Source of the DNA: Bacteroidales bacterium
GTDB lineage: Bacteria; Bacteroidota; Bacteroidia; Bacteroidales; FEN-979
Reading direction: 5' to 3'
Assembly: GCA_016783905.1 (NCBI GenBank)
Contig: JADHVQ010000002.1
Coordinates: 6,599 to 70,598 of the forward strand
DNA: 64,000 bases
Positions 27,484 to 36,749 of the stretch are shown here, piece after piece; within the stretch, counting starts at the first letter, position 1, and each line of letters starts with the position of its first letter. A program made the position numbers and the translations under genes. Under the pieces are notes generated by a model. It worked only from the letters and a program-made list of their open reading frames with translations. It made no database searches and was not told where the DNA came from.

Positions 27484-28151
27484 TGAAAGCAGCCATCATC
27501 GTTGCTGGAGGGACCGGTACCCGCATGAACTCTCCGAATCCAAAACAGTTTATCCTGTTGAAAGGGATCCCGGTTGTAATGCATTCCCTTTTCGCTTTTT
27601 CCCGTTTCGATGAATCGATGCAACTGCTTCTTACATTACCGGAGCATTTGTTTGACAGGTGGCAGGAAATACAAAAAGAGCATGGATGGAGTATTCCACA
27701 TATACTTGTTCCTGGTGGTGAGACCCGTTTTCATTCTGTCAGGAATTGCTTGCACCATCTTGACAGTACGGGACTTGTAGCTATCCATGACGGAGCCCGG
27801 CCGCTTCTTTCCCAATCCCTGATAAACAGGCTTTTTTTAGCAGCTGAAAAAGAGGGAAACGCCATTCCGGTTGTGCCTGTGAACGAATCTATCCGGCAGG
27901 CAGAAGGGGCCACAAACAAACCGGCAGATCGCTCGCTTTTCCGGATTGTTCAGACTCCCCAGGTTTTCCAGACTTCCCTGATTCAGCAGGCCTACCTGCA
28001 ACCCTACCAACCTGGTTTTACCGATGATGCCACTGTGCTTGAATCCATTGGGAAGCCGATTCACCTGGTGGAAGGAGATCCTGCCAATCTTAAAATCACC
28101 TACCCGGCTGACCTCCTGATTGCAGCGTCTTTAATCCACTCCGGCAGTTAA
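27483..28151 (+). CDS. ispD: 2-C-methyl-D-erythritol 4-phosphate cytidylyltransferase
   Basis: AAIIVAGGTGTRM, HDGARP and VQTPQVF motifs. The ATG overlaps the queA stop (TGATG). Confidence 0.85.
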   Translation: MKAAIIVAGGTGTRMNSPNPKQFILLKGIPVVMHSLFAFSRFDESMQLLLTLPEHLFDRWQEIQKEHGWSIPHILVPGGETRFHSVRNCLHHLDSTGLVAIHDGARPLLSQSLINRLFLAAEKEGNAIPVVPVNESIRQAEGATNKPADRSLFRIVQTPQVFQTSLIQQAYLQPYQPGFTDDATVLESIGKPIHLVEGDPANLKITYPADLLIAASLIHSGS

Positions 28152-28155
28152 CAGG

Positions 28156-29304
28156 TTACACCCTGCGGCCTTTCCACTTCACCGGGATCAGAAAGGCCAT
28201 CGGGCCGGAAATCGCAACATAGATTACCTGAAATAATTGTGCTGGGATATACCAGGGCCAGAGTTTTTGCTTTCTGAAAAAACGGGCCATGGAAAATACC
28301 AGGGGAAAGTCAATAAGAATTTTGAAACACAATAAGGAGACTGCCAGGTAAAGGTAGAGGGGAGAGAGAAATCCAAGAAAGAATCCAGCGAAAATCATCG
28401 CCTGATAAAGGTAACTAACTGCTCCGATAAAAAGCACTTCCCAGTCGCGATACCCCCTGCTTTTCGAGATCCAGCGAAGTCGCTGCCGGAAGAATGATCC
28501 AGGATCTTGTTCTGGCGACGTGGTAACAATGGCATCCCGGTCATAAAGAAATCGTATCGAACGCCCGCCATACTTACGTTTGATCTTCCACAACAGAAAC
28601 TGATCATCGCCGGAGACATACCGTTCGTTTCCCTCGAATTTTCCTACTTCGCGAAACGCCTCTTTCTCATAACAGAGATTTGCCCCGTTGCACATCACCG
28701 GGTGTCCCAGGTTTGCAAATCCGGCAGTCAGCCCCATTACTCCCAAAAATTCAAGCGTCTGTAATTTTTGAAACAGGTGATTTTCGCCTGCAAACATGAC
28801 CGGTCCAAGGATCATCTTCACGCCGGTTTCACGATAGCATCGAACCATGGAAGAGATCCACCCGGGGTCGTGCCTGGTATCGGCATCCGTTGTGATGATG
28901 AGTGTTCCTGAAGCTTTTTCAACCGCTCTTGTCAAGGCGCTTTTTTTCCCAACGCCCTCTCTTTTTCCCGGTTCTCCCTTCACAATGATGCACTGCATTT
29001 GCGGGTGGTTTTGAAAGAAGCTGTTTACCGCTTCTAATGTCCGGTCTTCTGAAAAGTCGTCCGTGATAAGCACTTCGATTTTATCGGACAGATAATCCTG
29101 TGAAATCAATGATTCCAGGCATTCAATAATCCGCTCTTCTTCGTTCCGAACCGGAATGATCACACTCACAAAAGGGTCAGGTAGGCCAGGACCGGATGGA
29201 AGACTTGCCGGGAGTGACATTCCTGAAAGAGCACCCAGCAAGATGATGGCATAGAGAAACGCCAGCAGGATCATGACGCCTCCGATGATCGCCAGTGCGT
29301 TCAT
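28156..29304 (-). CDS. membrane-associated family 2 glycosyltransferase
   Basis: VSVIIPVRNEE, DDFSEDRT, TDADT and QRLRW motifs with N- and C-terminal TM segments. The start ATG 29304 overlaps the upstream stop (ATGA). Confidence 0.8.
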   Translation of the reverse strand: MNALAIIGGVMILLAFLYAIILLGALSGMSLPASLPSGPGLPDPFVSVIIPVRNEEERIIECLESLISQDYLSDKIEVLITDDFSEDRTLEAVNSFFQNHPQMQCIIVKGEPGKREGVGKKSALTRAVEKASGTLIITTDADTRHDPGWISSMVRCYRETGVKMILGPVMFAGENHLFQKLQTLEFLGVMGLTAGFANLGHPVMCNGANLCYEKEAFREVGKFEGNERYVSGDDQFLLWKIKRKYGGRSIRFLYDRDAIVTTSPEQDPGSFFRQRLRWISKSRGYRDWEVLFIGAVSYLYQAMIFAGFFLGFLSPLYLYLAVSLLCFKILIDFPLVFSMARFFRKQKLWPWYIPAQLFQVIYVAISGPMAFLIPVKWKGRRV

Positions 29305-30347
29305 TCGTTGGTGTTGTTTGCCGGTTTCCTGAAGAACTTCAGCCTGAAGACAAAAACACTTCCAACCAGTGCCGGAAATCCCAGGTTGATGGCCCAAAGA
29401 AGTGTGGAAGCTGCCAGGATGCCAAAGTTAATGCCTTCGGTTGCATCGGTCAGGCCGGAGAAATAGATCCCGAAAAAATAGAGCGCCACAGATCCTCTGA
29501 TTCCCAACTCTGTAAGGGCGATCGTTGGGATGACAGCCATCACAAAATAGACCAGGGAAATCAACATCAGGGCATCCAGATATGGAATAGGTACTGCAAA
29601 AATCCGTAGCAGAAGGTAGAATTGGGTGGAGAAGATCATGTACCTGAGAAAGCTGTACAACAACACCGTGATTAATTCCCGGTTGTGATAGAAAGCAAAG
29701 ATCCGGAAGTATTTTCGTATTTTTTTGAGTCCGTTCCGAAGGATTTTCTCTTTGAGGGTTGAGAGAAAAGAGACATTCAGGTAGAAGCCCAGGATCAGCA
29801 CGTTGAAACCCACCACCACAGCCACAATGGTATAATAGAGATATCCGTTATAACTCCAGTAATGGGTCAGGAAGAGCGGGATAAAGGCCAGGAGGGCCAG
29901 GCTCCCCGTTAAGATCGTGATCAGCAGCTGGCTCATGCTACCCAGGATGGTCACCAGGATCCCTTCCACTCTGCTTCCTGTATTGAGGATGAAGACGCGG
30001 CCGAAATACTCCCCGATGCGGTTGGGGGTGAAGGAGCTGACAGTCACCCCGGTAAGAACCGCCTGGAAAGATTTCCAGAATCCGATTCGTTCAATCTTGG
30101 CCATCAGGTATCTCCATTTTACCGCTTCAATGGCCCAATTGATGAACATCAGGAAGATCACTAAAGCCATCAGCCAGATAAAATCCGGACTTCTGAAATC
30201 TTCTCGGAGAGCCTCCAGCAGGTGTGGCAAATTTTTCCGGTAAAATACCTGATCGTATATGAATCCATAGGTCAAAGCCAGGATGGCTACCTGGATCACT
30301 TTGTTATAAGTTTTACCTATTTTTGTTCTGTTATTCATCCTTTTCAT
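29301..30347 (-). CDS. flippase-like / lysylphosphatidylglycerol-synthase-TM-region family membrane protein (UPF0104)
   Basis: About 8 TM segments, with the charged-loop pattern typical of the family. Translationally coupled to the GT2 gene. Confidence 0.6.
   Translation of the reverse strand: MKRMNNRTKIGKTYNKVIQVAILALTYGFIYDQVFYRKNLPHLLEALREDFRSPDFIWLMALVIFLMFINWAIEAVKWRYLMAKIERIGFWKSFQAVLTGVTVSSFTPNRIGEYFGRVFILNTGSRVEGILVTILGSMSQLLITILTGSLALLAFIPLFLTHYWSYNGYLYYTIVAVVVGFNVLILGFYLNVSFLSTLKEKILRNGLKKIRKYFRIFAFYHNRELITVLLYSFLRYMIFSTQFYLLLRIFAVPIPYLDALMLISLVYFVMAVIPTIALTELGIRGSVALYFFGIYFSGLTDATEGINFGILAASTLLWAINLGFPALVGSVFVFRLKFFRKPANNTNE
30318..30325 (+). promoter_or_regulatory. candidate -7 box TATTTTTG, 21 nt upstream of the ruvC TTG at 30347, embedded in the divergent gene
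   Basis: Exact TAnnTTTG match. It overlaps the alternative TTG at 30323, which argues against that start. Confidence 0.35.
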
Positions 30348-30898
30348 TGACCGGCGAACGCATCATATTGGGTATTGATCCCGGAACCAACATCATGGGA
30401 TTTGGCATCATCTCCGTTTACGGGAACAGTATGAAACTGGTTGCACTTGGGGTTTTAAAATTAGTGAAAACTGATGATCATCCACTCAAGCTGAAGCATA
30501 TTTTTGAAAAGTCGTTAGCTCTGATTGATGAGTATAATCCTGATGAGCTGGCTATTGAAGCCCCTTTTTTCGGTAAAAATGTCCAATCGATGCTGAAGCT
30601 GGGCCGGGCTCAGGGGGTAGCCATGGCCGCCGCACTATTCCGCTCCATTCCCATTTTCGAATATTCTCCAAGGAAGATCAAGCAGTCGATCACCGGCAAA
30701 GGAAGTGCCTCCAAAGAGCAGGTTGCCTCTATGCTCATTCATCTATTATCCCTGAAAGAGGCTCCCGAGCATCTGGATGCTTCCGATGGGCTTGCCGTAG
30801 CAGTTTGCCATCACTTTCAAAAAGGAAAAACAGGGACTGAAAAGAAATTTACCGGCTGGAAAAGCTATCTGTCGGCGAATCCTGATAAACAAGGATGA
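30347..30898 (+). CDS. ruvC: crossover junction endodeoxyribonuclease RuvC
   Basis: (M)[43 protein letters not shown] start chosen by comparison with typical RuvC N-termini. Confidence 0.85.
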   Translation: MTGERIILGIDPGTNIMGFGIISVYGNSMKLVALGVLKLVKTDDHPLKLKHIFEKSLALIDEYNPDELAIEAPFFGKNVQSMLKLGRAQGVAMAAALFRSIPIFEYSPRKIKQSITGKGSASKEQVASMLIHLLSLKEAPEHLDASDGLAVAVCHHFQKGKTGTEKKFTGWKSYLSANPDKQG

Positions 30899-30945
30899 CC
30901 CCTCCTTAATCCTCCCCTTGGAGGGGAGGGGGTTGGGGGGAGGGG
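30899..30945. repeat. C-tract/G-tract palindromic element, copy 2; fills the whole convergent gap between ruvC and the arginase-fold gene
   Basis: cccctccttaatcctcccc-ttgga-ggggagggggttggggggagggg. Inner 7-bp stem CCTCCCC/GGGGAGG, outer 7-bp stem CCCCTCC/GGAGGGG. Four G4-6 tracts. Confidence 0.8.
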
Positions 30946-32115
30946 TCACATCAGCTTCTGATACACCATCCACCACCTATCCGGAATCTCCTCGCGCGTA
31001 GCCTGCTGATAATCTTTGTATGAACAGGGAACCAGATAGTGCCGTTCGTATTTGGCCCGCTGTTCAGCCGGTAAAGGGATCTCCATCCACCAGCGATCGG
31101 TCTTCTTGCTTTTGTAAAATGTGATATCCTGTTGATGGTCGCTGATTGTCACATGGTATTTCAGGTAATCCTCTTCATTCCGAAATGGAAAATCGTGAGG
31201 TCGACTGTAAAATCCTTCCATGAAATACCAGATCATCTGTGCAATCAGGTGTGCTGTTTGTCCATCATGGTCGAACTTCGGATTGTATTCGTAAAATCCG
31301 ATGGAGGTCAGCTTATCGCTCAGTCCGGCATACCTGACGATCTGACAGGCCTCTTCCCCGTAAAAGCCATTTGGTGTTGTGTTGTGATTACCGGGTGCAT
31401 CAGAGGATCTGACCGAAGAGATATCAAAACTCAGCACATCTGCATTTCTTACGATGGGTTCCACCTCCTCCAGGTCCGCTCTCACAATGCCCAGCCGATA
31501 GGTATCAAAGAAAAGGTTGTTCATCAGCTTCAGGGCGTCCTGGTCGATAAAGTAGGTCTGGTAACCAATGTTGGCATAGTTGAAAAGGTAGTTTGGCTGA
31601 TGGAGGATGATACTGCTTAACCATGATTGGGAGTTCATCTCACCTTCCGACTTTCCAAGATCAAACATGTTGTCGATACTTACGATGTTGATGATCTGGC
31701 CAAGGCTCTGGTATGCCTGGTAGTTGGCATAGGTCAAATCCTGGCTCCCTCCCAGAATAATCGGGATGATGTTGGCATTCAGCAGTTCTGTTACTGAACC
31801 GGAAAGCGCGAAATAGGTGTCCTTTTGCGTATTTCCTTTCTTCAGGTTTCCAAGGTCAATGATCCGTGGATTGAAGGGTCCGGGAAAGAGTTTGTACAGG
31901 TATTTCCTGATAAAGTCGGGGCCTTGGGCACAACCCTCATTATTCACTGCATTGCGATCTTCAGAAACGCCAATGATGGCCAGTTCGGCCTGTTCAAACT
32001 CAGGAAAGGCGCCAGCTTCTGAAAACAACCGGATCAGGTCACCGATTCGGCGATGACCCTCTTCTTCCGTGGGAAGAATTTCATTCAGGTCAATTGGGTT
32101 AAAAAACTCTTCCAT
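30946..32115 (-). CDS. arginase/formimidoylglutamase-fold protein with apparently degenerate metal-binding motifs
   Basis: The fold-typical blocks are present but read ILGGSQD (for GGxH), SIDNMFD (for DAHxD) and SFDISSV..SDAPG (for xDxD..DPxxAPG). Extra C-terminal domain of about 100 aa. Confidence 0.55.
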   Translation of the reverse strand: MEEFFNPIDLNEILPTEEEGHRRIGDLIRLFSEAGAFPEFEQAELAIIGVSEDRNAVNNEGCAQGPDFIRKYLYKLFPGPFNPRIIDLGNLKKGNTQKDTYFALSGSVTELLNANIIPIILGGSQDLTYANYQAYQSLGQIINIVSIDNMFDLGKSEGEMNSQSWLSSIILHQPNYLFNYANIGYQTYFIDQDALKLMNNLFFDTYRLGIVRADLEEVEPIVRNADVLSFDISSVRSSDAPGNHNTTPNGFYGEEACQIVRYAGLSDKLTSIGFYEYNPKFDHDGQTAHLIAQMIWYFMEGFYSRPHDFPFRNEEDYLKYHVTISDHQQDITFYKSKKTDRWWMEIPLPAEQRAKYERHYLVPCSYKDYQQATREEIPDRWWMVYQKLM

Positions 32116-32136
32116 AGGTTAATGAAATATGTGTCT

Positions 32137-34458
32137 CTATTTTGACTTGCGTGATTTGCTGGACTTGGTTGGTTTGGAATCGGCAACGATTTTCCGGCAC
32201 TCTTCAAAGGTCAATTCCTCAGCTACTTTCCCTTTGGGAATCTTGTAATTCAGCTTGTTGAATGAGATATAGGGTCCATATTTCCCTTTCAGTATCTTCA
32301 GATTCGAATCCTCTCCAAACTCTTTTACTGTCTTCTCCTGATCTAGTTTTTTCTTTTCTGTCATGATTTCGGATGCCCGTTCCATGGTAATGGTAAGTGG
32401 GTCATCTGTCTTCATCAAAGAGTAAAACTGCGATTTATGTCTAATATATGGCCCAAACCTTCCGGCTGCTACAACCACATCAGCGTTGTCCACAATCCCT
32501 AACGTACGAGGGAGTTTGAACAGTTCCAACGCCTCCTCCAGGGAGATGGACTCCATGCTTTGTCCTTTCTTCAGGGCTGCAAACCTCGGTTTGTTCTCCA
32601 TATCTGCATTCCCCATCTGGACCATTGGACCATACCGGCCAATTTTTACGAAAACGTTTAATCCTGTTTTTGGATCTGTTCCAAGCAGTTTTTCTCCGCT
32701 GACTTTCCTGGTTCCTTCAAGTGTTTGTTCAATACGGGTATGGAATGGGCCATAGAAATCTTTGATCATGGCATTCCAGACAAGTTTTCCCTCGGCAATC
32801 TCATCGAATTCCTCTTCCACAGAGGCTGTAAAATTGTAATCCATGATATTCATGAAATGCTGTAGCAAAAACTGATTGACCAGACTTCCCACATCTGTGG
32901 GGAACAACTTCGCCTTCTCCGATCCTATTTTCTCGCTCTTCTCTTCAGAAGTTATCTCTCCATCCTTCAGGGTAAGCACCTGAAATGTCCTGGTTACTCC
33001 CGGGCGGTCCTCTTTGACTACATATTCCCTTCGCTGGATAGTAGAAATGGTTGGAGCATAAGTAGAGGGCCTGCCGATTCCGAGTTCCTCCATTTTCTTG
33101 ACCAGCATAGCTTCCGTATACCTGGGTGGTTGTTGCGTGAATTTCTGCTGAGCCTGGATCTGGTTCATATCCAGTGCATCTCCTTTATTCAGAGAAGGGA
33201 GAATCCTCTCTTCTCCATTGTTCTGCTCTTCATCGGTCGACTCCATGTAGAGTTTCAGGAATCCATCAAACGTAATGATCTCTCCTTTAGCCAGAAATTT
33301 CTCTATGGCAGTGGAGATTCCGATGGTCACCGTGGTTTTCTCCAGCAATGCGTCTGCCATCTGGGAGGCAATGGTTCTTTTCCAGATGAGGTCATACAAC
33401 CGCTTGTGAGATTTGTCACCTTCAACGGTTCTGACATTCACGTAAGTAGGCCGGATGGCTTCGTGTGCTTCCTGTGCTCCTTTCGAACGTGTGGTAAACT
33501 TACGGGTTTTTACATAATCGGCACCAAAGGAATCGGTGATCTCCTGTTTCGCCATCCCGATAGCGATATTGGATAGATTCAGCGAGTCGGTACGCATGTA
33601 AGTGATCTTGCCCGATTCATAGAGATCCTGAGCCACCCGCATGGTGTTGGCAACCGAAAATCCAAGTTTTCGTGAAGCCTCCTGTTGAAGTGTGGAGGTA
33701 GTAAACGGAGGGGCTGGAGATTTTTTCGCTGGTTTAGTCTCAATATCTTCCACCACAAATTCAGCGCCGATGCATCTCCCCAGGAAGGCTTCTGCCTCCT
33801 CCCGGGTGCTGAACCGTTCGGATAGTTCTGCCTGGAGTGGAACAACTTTATCTTTAGTGCTGACAATGAAATCGCCAACGATCCGGAAGGAGGAGCCCAC
33901 CTTGAACTTTTTGATCTCCTCTTCCCGTTCAACAATCAGGCGCACAGCAACCGATTGAACGCGGCCAGCCGAAAGAGATGGCTTGATTTTTTTCCAGAGC
34001 AGGGGTGAAAGTTCAAATCCTACCAATCGGTCAAGCACACGGCGGGCCTGCTGGGCATTGACCAGGTCGCGGTCAATGCCTCTGGGGTGCTCGATGGCCT
34101 CCAGAATGGCAGGTTTGGTGATCTCATGGAAGGCGATCCTGCGAGCTTTGGATTCACTGATATTCAACACATCCATCAGGTGTGCGGCAATCGCTTCCCC
34201 TTCGCGGTCTTCATCAGAAGCCAGCCAGACCAGATCAGCATTTCTGGCCAGCTTTTTTAACTCATTTACAATCTTTTTCTTATCCGGCGAAATAATGTAT
34301 TTAGGGATAAATCCCTGATCGATATCCACACCCAAATCCTTTTTCGACAGATCCATGATATGTCCGAAACAGGATTTCACCTGATACTCCTTTCCCAAAA
34401 ACCCTTCTATCGTTTTGGCTTTGGCCGGAGACTCAACAATCACAAGGTTTTTCGTCAT
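32137..34458 (-). CDS. topA: DNA topoisomerase I
   Basis: MTKNLVIVESPAKAKTIEGFLG (TOPRIM), active-site region ITYMRTDS, C-terminal repeats, lysine-rich tail. Confidence 0.92.
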   Translation of the reverse strand: MTKNLVIVESPAKAKTIEGFLGKEYQVKSCFGHIMDLSKKDLGVDIDQGFIPKYIISPDKKKIVNELKKLARNADLVWLASDEDREGEAIAAHLMDVLNISESKARRIAFHEITKPAILEAIEHPRGIDRDLVNAQQARRVLDRLVGFELSPLLWKKIKPSLSAGRVQSVAVRLIVEREEEIKKFKVGSSFRIVGDFIVSTKDKVVPLQAELSERFSTREEAEAFLGRCIGAEFVVEDIETKPAKKSPAPPFTTSTLQQEASRKLGFSVANTMRVAQDLYESGKITYMRTDSLNLSNIAIGMAKQEITDSFGADYVKTRKFTTRSKGAQEAHEAIRPTYVNVRTVEGDKSHKRLYDLIWKRTIASQMADALLEKTTVTIGISTAIEKFLAKGEIITFDGFLKLYMESTDEEQNNGEERILPSLNKGDALDMNQIQAQQKFTQQPPRYTEAMLVKKMEELGIGRPSTYAPTISTIQRREYVVKEDRPGVTRTFQVLTLKDGEITSEEKSEKIGSEKAKLFPTDVGSLVNQFLLQHFMNIMDYNFTASVEEEFDEIAEGKLVWNAMIKDFYGPFHTRIEQTLEGTRKVSGEKLLGTDPKTGLNVFVKIGRYGPMVQMGNADMENKPRFAALKKGQSMESISLEEALELFKLPRTLGIVDNADVVVAAGRFGPYIRHKSQFYSLMKTDDPLTITMERASEIMTEKKKLDQEKTVKEFGEDSNLKILKGKYGPYISFNKLNYKIPKGKVAEELTFEECRKIVADSKPTKSSKSRKSK

Positions 34459-34491
34459 CTTACTGTCCGTTTTGAATCCCAAATCCGGCTA

Positions 34492-34499
34492 CAAAAGTA
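34492..34499 (-). promoter_or_regulatory. candidate -7 box TACTTTTG, 33 nt upstream of the topA ATG
   Basis: Plus strand reads caaaagta. Confidence 0.4.
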
Positions 34500-34518
34500 A
34501 GACAATAAAGTTAATACC

Positions 34519-34526
34519 TACCTTTG
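34519..34526 (+). promoter_or_regulatory. candidate -7 box TACCTTTG, 46 nt upstream of the miaB ATG
   Basis: Exact TAnnTTTG match. Confidence 0.4.
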
Positions 34527-34572
34527 CAACCGTTTTTTACCATTAATCGGATTCAAGGGTAAAAGGTTATAC

Positions 34573-35925
34573 ATGGATCAGAAAAAAAACAAAAAAATAT
34601 ATATTGAAACGTATGGCTGTCAGATGAATTTTTCTGACAGTGAGATAGTTGCATCAGTTCTGACAGATCAGGGATATACGACTACCGGGGAAATTCATCA
34701 TGCCGATATCATCTTTGTAAATACCTGTTCCATTCGCGATAATGCCGAACAGCGGGTGAAGAAAAGGTTACAGTATTTTCATGCCTTTAAAAAGAAGAAT
34801 CCGGGCCTGATCATCGGGTTGCTTGGCTGCATGGCTGACCGGCTCAAGACGGTACTCCTGGAGGAGGAACAGCTGTTGGATATCGTAGCCGGACCCGATG
34901 CCTACCGGGATTTGCCACGATTGCTGGAACAGGTGGAGTCGGGACAACGCGGGGTAAATACGTTGTTGTCAATGGAGGAGACCTATGCCGATATCATGCC
35001 AGTTCGACTGGGAAGCAATGGGGTTTCAGCCTTCATCTCCATCATGCGGGGATGTGAGAATTACTGTTCCTATTGTGTGGTGCCATCCACCCGTGGCAAA
35101 GAAAGGAGCAGGGATGCAGGTTCGATCATTCGCGAGTCAAGAGATCTCTATGAACAAGGATATAGAGAGGTCACTTTATTAGGGCAGAACGTCAACTCCT
35201 ATCAGTGGATAGAAGGAGATAACGTGCTCTCGTTCGCCGGATTACTGGGCCGGGTAGCTGAAGTCAGTCCAATGCTTCGGATCCGGTTTGCCACTTCACA
35301 TCCAAAAGACATCTCCGACAAGTTGCTTGACACGATAGCCGCTTTCCCCAATATTTGCCGGGCGATCCACCTTCCTCTTCAATCGGGAAGTACCCGGATA
35401 CTTGACCGCATGAACCGCAACTATTCACGCGAAAATTACATGGAACGGGTGGAGGCGATCCGCAGGATCCTCACCGGGTGTACCATCACCACAGATATCA
35501 TTACAGGCTTTTGCGATGAAACCGAAGAAGATCACCGTGAAACGCTCTCCCTGATGGAGTGGGTTAACTTTGATTATGCATTTATGTTTAAATACTCCGA
35601 ACGTCCGATGACCCTGGCTGCCGACACTATGGAAGATAACGTCCCCGAAGAGGTCAAGGAGCGTCGGCTCAGGGAGGTAATTGACCTCCAGCAGAAGCTC
35701 TCCTATCAAAGCAACCAACGGGACTGTAACCAGGTGTGCGAGGTGCTGATTGAAGGGGACTCCAAGCGTTCGGCTGATTATTTCATGGGAAGAAATTCCC
35801 GGAATAAGGTGGTTGTTTTTCAAAAAACCAACGCCGCGTCCGGCGAATATATAAATGTCAGGATCACTTCTTTTACATCCGCCACACTCCTTGGGGAAGT
35901 TGTGCATGAATTAAAAATACGCTAA
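34573..35925 (+). CDS. miaB: tRNA-2-methylthio-N6-dimethylallyladenosine synthase
   Basis: KIYIETYGCQMNFSDSE (UPF0004 domain), radical-SAM CENYCSYC, C-terminal TRAM domain. Confidence 0.9.
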   Translation: MDQKKNKKIYIETYGCQMNFSDSEIVASVLTDQGYTTTGEIHHADIIFVNTCSIRDNAEQRVKKRLQYFHAFKKKNPGLIIGLLGCMADRLKTVLLEEEQLLDIVAGPDAYRDLPRLLEQVESGQRGVNTLLSMEETYADIMPVRLGSNGVSAFISIMRGCENYCSYCVVPSTRGKERSRDAGSIIRESRDLYEQGYREVTLLGQNVNSYQWIEGDNVLSFAGLLGRVAEVSPMLRIRFATSHPKDISDKLLDTIAAFPNICRAIHLPLQSGSTRILDRMNRNYSRENYMERVEAIRRILTGCTITTDIITGFCDETEEDHRETLSLMEWVNFDYAFMFKYSERPMTLAADTMEDNVPEEVKERRLREVIDLQQKLSYQSNQRDCNQVCEVLIEGDSKRSADYFMGRNSRNKVVVFQKTNAASGEYINVRITSFTSATLLGEVVHELKIR

Positions 35926-35930
35926 CTTTG
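35923..35930 (+). promoter_or_regulatory. candidate -7 box TAACTTTG, 22 nt upstream of the wza-like ATG; overlaps the miaB stop
   Basis: Exact TAnnTTTG match. Confidence 0.4.
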
Positions 35931-35952
35931 TCCGGCTTTATCAACGCATTCT

Positions 35953-36741
35953 ATGAAAAACAGAACCCTTCACTCCGGCAGATACCTGGTTCAGATTGCT
36001 CTGATTCTTCTCATTTTTGCTTCGTGCGTCCCCCAAAAAAAAATCAAGTACCTGCAAACCTTGCAGGAGCATGATACGACCAATGCCTACATCAATAAAA
36101 GGCCGCTCGACTATAAAATCCAGCCCAACGACAACCTCTACATCCGGATCTTCAGCCTGGACGAGAAGACCTATCTCTTTTTCAACATGGTCACTTCCTC
36201 CAATTACCAACAGTATACCACCGATGCCTCTATCTATTTGAACAGCTATACGGTTGATAGGGACGGGTGTATCGATTTTCCCATTGTAGGGAAAGTATTG
36301 GTAAAAGACCTGACTGTTGAACAGGTCAAGGATGTGCTGCAGACCAATGTGGATGAATACCTAACGGAGACCATGGTGGTGGTTAAGATGGTCAATTTTA
36401 AAATTACGATTTTAGGTGAAGTGCGCGGCCCAGGGGTACTTACCATTTACCAGGATGAGATCAACATCTTTGAAGCAATCGCCATGGCGGGCGACCTGAC
36501 CGATTATGCCAACCGGAAGAAAGTTGCCCTGGTGAGGCAAACAACGGATGGTTCCAAAGTCGTTTACCTGGATCTGAACAAAGCAGATATCATGTCTTCG
36601 GAATATTTCTACATGATGCCCAATGATATCATCTATGCATCTCCATTAGGGATTAAGCAGTGGGGATTTGCCGCATTCCCCTATGCCCTGGTATTTTCGG
36701 CAATTTCCACCGCATTGTTGTTAATCAATTACTTTAAATAG
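35953..36741 (+). CDS. wza: polysaccharide export outer-membrane protein (Wza family)
   Basis: Lipobox LIFASC, Poly_export-type block YKIQPNDNLYIRIFS, SLBB-like block ITILGEVRGPG. Confidence 0.8.
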   Translation: MKNRTLHSGRYLVQIALILLIFASCVPQKKIKYLQTLQEHDTTNAYINKRPLDYKIQPNDNLYIRIFSLDEKTYLFFNMVTSSNYQQYTTDASIYLNSYTVDRDGCIDFPIVGKVLVKDLTVEQVKDVLQTNVDEYLTETMVVVKMVNFKITILGEVRGPGVLTIYQDEINIFEAIAMAGDLTDYANRKKVALVRQTTDGSKVVYLDLNKADIMSSEYFYMMPNDIIYASPLGIKQWGFAAFPYALVFSAISTALLLINYFK

Positions 36742-36749
36742 ATAATCCA

